Position numbers and translations under genes: made by a program. A DNA stretch of 64,000 nt from Nitrospiria bacterium. Its GTDB lineage: Bacteria > Nitrospirota > UBA9217. Shown here one piece after another: positions 59,866-64,000 of the stretch. Location of the stretch: assembly GCA_919902495.1 (NCBI GenBank), contig CAKKRC010000045.1, forward strand, positions 3,162 through 67,161, in the 5' to 3' direction. A model generated the notes under the pieces. The model saw only the letters and a program-made list of their open reading frames with translations. It made no database searches and had not been told where the DNA came from. The number at the start of each line of letters is the position of its first letter. Positions within the stretch are counted from its first letter, which is position 1.

Positions 59866-60606
59866 ATGCACGACATCGCACTAAGCGGCATATACTTCTT
59901 TTCCATCGCCCTTCTGTATTCCACGGTCGGTCACGCGGGGGCATCGGGCTACCTGGCGACGATGGCGCTTCTTTCGTTCACGCCGGAGGTCATGAAACCG
60001 ACCGCATTGGCGCTCAATATCATCGTTGCCCTGGTCACGACCGTCCGGTTCGCGATGGCCGGTCATTTTTTCTGGCGGTTGTTCTGGCCCTTTGCTTGTG
60101 CGGCGGCACCAATGGCGTACATCGGCGGTGGCATGTCGATGGATGCCGCGCTTTACAAAATACTCGTAGGCATCGCGTTGGTGTTCGCCGCGCTCCATCT
60201 CATGCTCAGGATCAATGCAGCAACAGATGATACTGAAGGAGCACCTCATCCGGGGATAGCTGCATCGCTGGCAGTGGGGGGAGGCATCGGGTTCCTTTCC
60301 GGTCTCACCGGAGTCGGCGGCGGCATTTTTCTCAGCCCGGTCCTGATCTCTCTTCATTGGGCGGGATTCCGGAGAACGGCCGCAGTGGCTGCGGCATTCA
60401 TTCTTTTGAACTCGATCACCGGTTTGGCGGGATATCTTCAAACGGGCGGCGTATTTCCGGATCACATCGCCTTCTGGTCCGTTGCGGTCCTTTCCGGCGG
60501 ATTCATCGGATCTACGTTAGGAGCAACGAGATTTAACAGCCCCGCGCTGAGGGTATTGCTCGGGGTCATGCTGGTCATGGCAGGGGTGAAGATGGTCGTC
60601 ATCTGA
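59866..60606 (+). CDS. TauE/SafE (DUF81) family membrane permease embedded in the nif cluster
   Basis: 246 aa, 7-8 TM. Internal duplication with glycine-rich motifs (GGGIGFLSGLTGVGGGIFL). Confidence 0.6.
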   Translation: MHDIALSGIYFFSIALLYSTVGHAGASGYLATMALLSFTPEVMKPTALALNIIVALVTTVRFAMAGHFFWRLFWPFACAAAPMAYIGGGMSMDAALYKILVGIALVFAALHLMLRINAATDDTEGAPHPGIAASLAVGGGIGFLSGLTGVGGGIFLSPVLISLHWAGFRRTAAVAAAFILLNSITGLAGYLQTGGVFPDHIAFWSVAVLSGGFIGSTLGATRFNSPALRVLLGVMLVMAGVKMVVI

Positions 60607-60759
60607 GGACAGGGTTCAGCGTTCATAGTGAAGACCGAGGATCGGCGAGTTTTGATGTAATACGGCTGCGATAACCCCTCACCCCAACCCTCTCCCCGCA
60701 GGGGCGAGGGAGTATGAAGTTCATTCTCTCCCCAGGGGGAGAGGACCAAGGTGAGGGGG

Positions 60760-63465
60760 ATGGGCATGACTATGACAACGACGCTCGACAAATTAACGGC
60801 AGACGGCTGTTCCACGGACGACAAACACAAGGTCTGCCGCTCGCGGGGCGGCGAGTCCTGCGCCTTCGACGGGGCCATGATCGTGCTCCAGCCCATCGCG
60901 GACACGGCCCATATCGTCCACGGCCCGATCGCCTGCTGCGGGAACTCCTGGGAAGGGCGGGGGACCCTGTCGGCCCAGGGGGGGCTGCACCGGATGGGCT
61001 TCACCACGGACCTGGGCGAGATCGATATCGTCTACGGCGCAGGCAAGAAGCTCCATGATGCCATTGTAAGGACGCACCAAGCGGTCCAGCCGAAGGCCAT
61101 CTTCGTCCATGCGACCTGCGTGAGCGGCCTCATCGGCGAGGACATCGAGGCGGTGTGCAGAGAGGCCGAAGCGGAGCTGGGGATCAGGGTCATCGCGGTG
61201 AGCGCGCCGGGATTCACAGGACCCAAGAACCTGGGAAACCGCATCGCCGGGGAGGTGCTGCTCGATCAGGTCATCGGTACCGGCGAGCCCTCTGTCACGA
61301 CGCACTGCGATATCAACCTCATCGGCGAATACAATATCGCCGGCGACCTGTGGCTCGTGGAGCCGCTTCTGGAGCGTGCGGGCATCCGCGTCCTGTCCCG
61401 GATCACGGGGAACGCGACCTTCGACGAGATCACCCATGCCCACCGGGCGAAACTGAACGTCGTGGTCTGCGGCCGCGCTCTGATCAATGTCGCCGCGGGC
61501 ATGGAGCGGAAGTACGGGATCCCCTTCGTTGAGGCATCGTTCTACGGAAGGACCGAGACATCAAAGGCGCTGCGGTCCATTGCGGAGCAGCTCCAGGAGT
61601 CAAAGGACAAGAGCCGGAGGTCGGGAGACCCCCACATACGGGGAGCCGTCGAAGCGCTCATCAAGGGCGAAGAAAAAAAGCTTCAGGAGGCGCTCAAGCC
61701 GTACAAGCACCTGCGGGGGAAAAAGGCGGTCCTCTATACGGGAGGCGTGAAGAGCTGGTCCTTCATCTCCGCCCTGCACGACCTCGGGATCGAGGTCGTG
61801 GCGGTAGGAACGAAAAAGAGCACGGTAGAGGATGAGGAAAAGATGAAGAAGATCCTCGGTCCCGGAGCACCGCTCATCGAGGACGTGACGCCGAAGAACC
61901 TTGTGAAGCTCCTTAAGGAAAGGCATGCCGACATTCTCGTGGCCGGAGGCAGGAACCAGTACCTGGCGATCAAGGAGGGCTACCCCTTCGTCGACGTGAA
62001 CCAGGAACGCCACAGTGCTTATGCCGGGTATCAGGGGCTGGTGAATTTGGCGGAAGATATAAGCAATAGCATAAGATTCTACCGGGGGAGTTCAGAGTGC
62101 GGAGTGCGGAGTGCGGATTTCCCCCTCACCCCAGCCCTCTCCCCGGACGGGAGAGGGAGAAAACAATCTGACATCGCGTATCCGAAATCAGCAATCCTCA
62201 TCGATCCGTTGAAGCATTCTCCCGCCATCGGCGCCGCCATTGCGTTCCAGGGCGTCCACCGGGCATTGCCGGTCATCCACGGGGCACAGGGCTGCGGCTT
62301 TCTCGGCAAGGTGCTGCTCACCAAGCACTTCCGGGAGCCGATGGCCCTCGCAACCACCAAGCTCTTCGTGGAGAACGTGGTGCTGGGTAGCGAGGAGATC
62401 CTGGAACGGGCCATAGAGGGTTTTATTGAAAAAAACACCCCCGATGTCATCGGGGTCCTGACGTCGGGACTGTGCGAGGTTAAGGGGGATGACGTTAAAG
62501 CAGTAGTCAGGAGACAGGAGACCGGAGTCAGGAGTAACGGCGCAAAGACGAAGATCATCCATGTTGCGACGCCCGATTATGACGGTGGGCTGGAACAAGG
62601 TTATGCGAGGGCGGTGGAGGCGATCCTTGAAAGTGCGGAGTTACCGATCGGATCGGGACAGGTCTCCATGCGGCGTGCGGATGAAAAACAAGTTAACATC
62701 CTGGCGGGATCGCACCTGACACCTGCCGACGTTCAGGAACTGCGGGAGATCGTTGAGTCATTCGGTCTGCAGCCGATAATCCTGCCCGACCTGTCCGCTC
62801 TCGATGGAAGCAGAAGGAACTTTTCCCCGCTCGCAGACGGGGGCACGACGGTTGAAGATATGAAGGCGATGGCGGGATCCGTCTTGACCCTTGCGGTTGG
62901 GAGAAGCATGGAGCCGGCGGCGAAGATGTTGAAAGAGGCCAGCGGCATGGAGTACCGTGTCATCGAGGGTCTTTGCGGGTTGCTGGACACCGACCGGTTG
63001 ATGGCGATACTTTCGGAAGTCAGCGGCAGAACAATGCACAAGCGGTATGACCGGCAGAGGAGAAGCCTGATCGACGGGATGCGGGACGCGCATTTCTTCT
63101 ATGGCAGGAAAAATGTCTGCATCGCCCTGGAACCTGACCTGGCACTGCAGGCGTCGCGTTGGCTGGATGAGATGGGCGCCCGCGTGGAACTCGCTGTGAT
63201 CCCGACGCTGTCGGCATCGGCCGACCATATCCTTGCGCGGAGGGTGGAACTCGGCGACCTTTTCTCGATCCGCGGCCGATTTGATCTCCTTATCTCGAAT
63301 TCCCATGGGACGGAAACGGCACAGCGTCTCAAGGCGCCGCTGTACCAGACCGGCTTCCCGGTCTACAAGGTCCTGGGCGCCGCCTCGCGGGTAACGATCG
63401 GATACCGGGGAACGCTGGCGATGATCAACGAGGTGGGGAATCTGATGATGCATCATCCTGCATGA
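60760..63465 (+). CDS. nifEN: Nitrogenase FeMo-cofactor scaffold NifE-NifN fusion protein
   Basis: N-terminal ~440 aa are NifE-like. From ~62190 the sequence is NifN-like (IDPLKHSPAIGAAIAFQGVHRALPVIHGAQGCGF). One continuous reading frame with no internal stop. A ~30-aa linker (SSECGVRSADFPLTPALSPDGRGRKQSD) is encoded by a repeat element. Confidence 0.8.
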   Translation: MGMTMTTTLDKLTADGCSTDDKHKVCRSRGGESCAFDGAMIVLQPIADTAHIVHGPIACCGNSWEGRGTLSAQGGLHRMGFTTDLGEIDIVYGAGKKLHDAIVRTHQAVQPKAIFVHATCVSGLIGEDIEAVCREAEAELGIRVIAVSAPGFTGPKNLGNRIAGEVLLDQVIGTGEPSVTTHCDINLIGEYNIAGDLWLVEPLLERAGIRVLSRITGNATFDEITHAHRAKLNVVVCGRALINVAAGMERKYGIPFVEASFYGRTETSKALRSIAEQLQESKDKSRRSGDPHIRGAVEALIKGEEKKLQEALKPYKHLRGKKAVLYTGGVKSWSFISALHDLGIEVVAVGTKKSTVEDEEKMKKILGPGAPLIEDVTPKNLVKLLKERHADILVAGGRNQYLAIKEGYPFVDVNQERHSAYAGYQGLVNLAEDISNSIRFYRGSSECGVRSADFPLTPALSPDGRGRKQSDIAYPKSAILIDPLKHSPAIGAAIAFQGVHRALPVIHGAQGCGFLGKVLLTKHFREPMALATTKLFVENVVLGSEEILERAIEGFIEKNTPDVIGVLTSGLCEVKGDDVKAVVRRQETGVRSNGAKTKIIHVATPDYDGGLEQGYARAVEAILESAELPIGSGQVSMRRADEKQVNILAGSHLTPADVQELREIVESFGLQPIILPDLSALDGSRRNFSPLADGGTTVEDMKAMAGSVLTLAVGRSMEPAAKMLKEASGMEYRVIEGLCGLLDTDRLMAILSEVSGRTMHKRYDRQRRSLIDGMRDAHFFYGRKNVCIALEPDLALQASRWLDEMGARVELAVIPTLSASADHILARRVELGDLFSIRGRFDLLISNSHGTETAQRLKAPLYQTGFPVYKVLGAASRVTIGYRGTLAMINEVGNLMMHHPA
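62080..62170. repeat. Hairpin repeat element embedded in-frame between the NifE and NifN moieties
   Basis: ggagtgcggagtgcggagtgcggatttccccctcaccccagccctctccccggacgggagagggag, same family as the intergenic element at 60650-60750. Confidence 0.7.
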
Positions 63466-63488
63466 AGCTGGATCACCGGAGGTGAACT

Positions 63489-63884
63489 ATGAAGGTCGCA
63501 TTTGCCACATCGGACGGGATCAACGTGGATGAACATTTCGGCAGGGCGGGGAGCTTCGCGATCTACGACCTGTCGCGCACAGGATATCGGTTCGCCGAAC
63601 TGCGGAAATTCGCCGACGGTATTGACCAGGCGGTCGTCGGCACGAGGGACCAGGGCTCCCTCCATGACGAAGCGGTCCAGGACAAGGTGGACCGGCTCGC
63701 GGACTGCAAGATCGTTTTTATGACCGAGATCGGCGGACCATCGGCTGCGCGTCTCGTGAAAAAAGGGATCATGCCCATGAAGGTGAAGGCGGTCATATCT
63801 ATCGAGGATTCGATCAAGCAGCTTCACGAGACGATCGTCAAATCCCCGCCGCCGTGGCTCAGGAAAGCAATGGAGACTTTGTAG
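63489..63884 (+). CDS. nifX: NifX/NafY-type FeMo-cofactor carrier (dinitrogenase iron-molybdenum cofactor family)
   Basis: 131 aa. MKVAFATSDGINVDEHFGRAGSFAIYDL matches the NifX/NifB C-terminal-domain family. Immediately downstream of nifEN. Confidence 0.75.
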   Translation: MKVAFATSDGINVDEHFGRAGSFAIYDLSRTGYRFAELRKFADGIDQAVVGTRDQGSLHDEAVQDKVDRLADCKIVFMTEIGGPSAARLVKKGIMPMKVKAVISIEDSIKQLHETIVKSPPPWLRKAMETL

Positions 63885-63959
63885 CCGCACCCTTCAGGGT
63901 GCGCATAAGATCGCAGGCTGAAGCCTGCGGCTACCAGAGACAAAAAAGGAGGAGCGAAA

Positions 63960-64000
63960 ATGAAGATGATACGTGCTTTTATCAGACCGGAGCGGGAACA
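63960..64000 (+). CDS. Start of a gene (possibly PII/GlnB-like NifI), partial at window end
   Basis: RBS AAAGGAGG then MKMIRAFIRPERE, which resembles the MKKIEAIIKP start of PII proteins. Only 13 codons visible. Confidence 0.25.
   Translation, partial: MKMIRAFIRPERE

Overview
This 64 kb window is high-GC chromosomal DNA from a nitrogen-fixing bacterium. The hfq, arn, pst, NifE-NifN fusion and archaeal-type SAM synthetase gene content is consistent with a Geobacter-like deltaproteobacterium, but that is inference only. Coding density is high.

Genes run in this order. Left block, plus strand: an M16 peptidase C-terminal fragment, dut, two M16 peptidases, mutL, terC, miaA-hfq, an MTA phosphorylase, a PfkB kinase, a PQ-rich protein, a PilF-like TPR lipoprotein, rodZ, and two tandem outer-membrane beta-barrel paralogs. 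Then, on the minus strand: a Mut7-C protein, copA, an AT-rich TPR lipoprotein, a GcvT-like protein and mtnA. Next is a complete arn operon (arnT, arnE/F, arnB, arnC, a split arnA, arnD) lying directly downstream of pstSCAB-phoU, both minus strand.

Between pstS and phoBR sits an accessory insertion of about 13.5 kb. It holds a hypothetical protein, an IS110 element, small genes, a 3' phoR remnant, a Phd-RHH-PIN toxin-antitoxin locus, and a signalling module. The module comprises a single-domain response regulator, a pseudo-histidine-kinase fused to a DEDDh exonuclease, a DUF485-like membrane protein and a CbrA-like symporter-kinase. A cNMP/CBS/DUF294 nucleotidyltransferase is divergently transcribed from it. 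This module is the best candidate for a previously undescribed system.

The right end carries an archaeal-type SAM synthetase, a heme-motif hybrid kinase, an FGGY kinase, and a nif cluster: a sigma-54 promoter, then nifH, nifD, nifK, a TauE-like permease, a NifE-NifN fusion, nifX and a possible PII start.

Almost every intergenic gap carries one of a large family of co-varying palindromic hairpin repeats built from 3-nt periodic units. One of these lies in-frame between the NifE and NifN moieties of the fusion.
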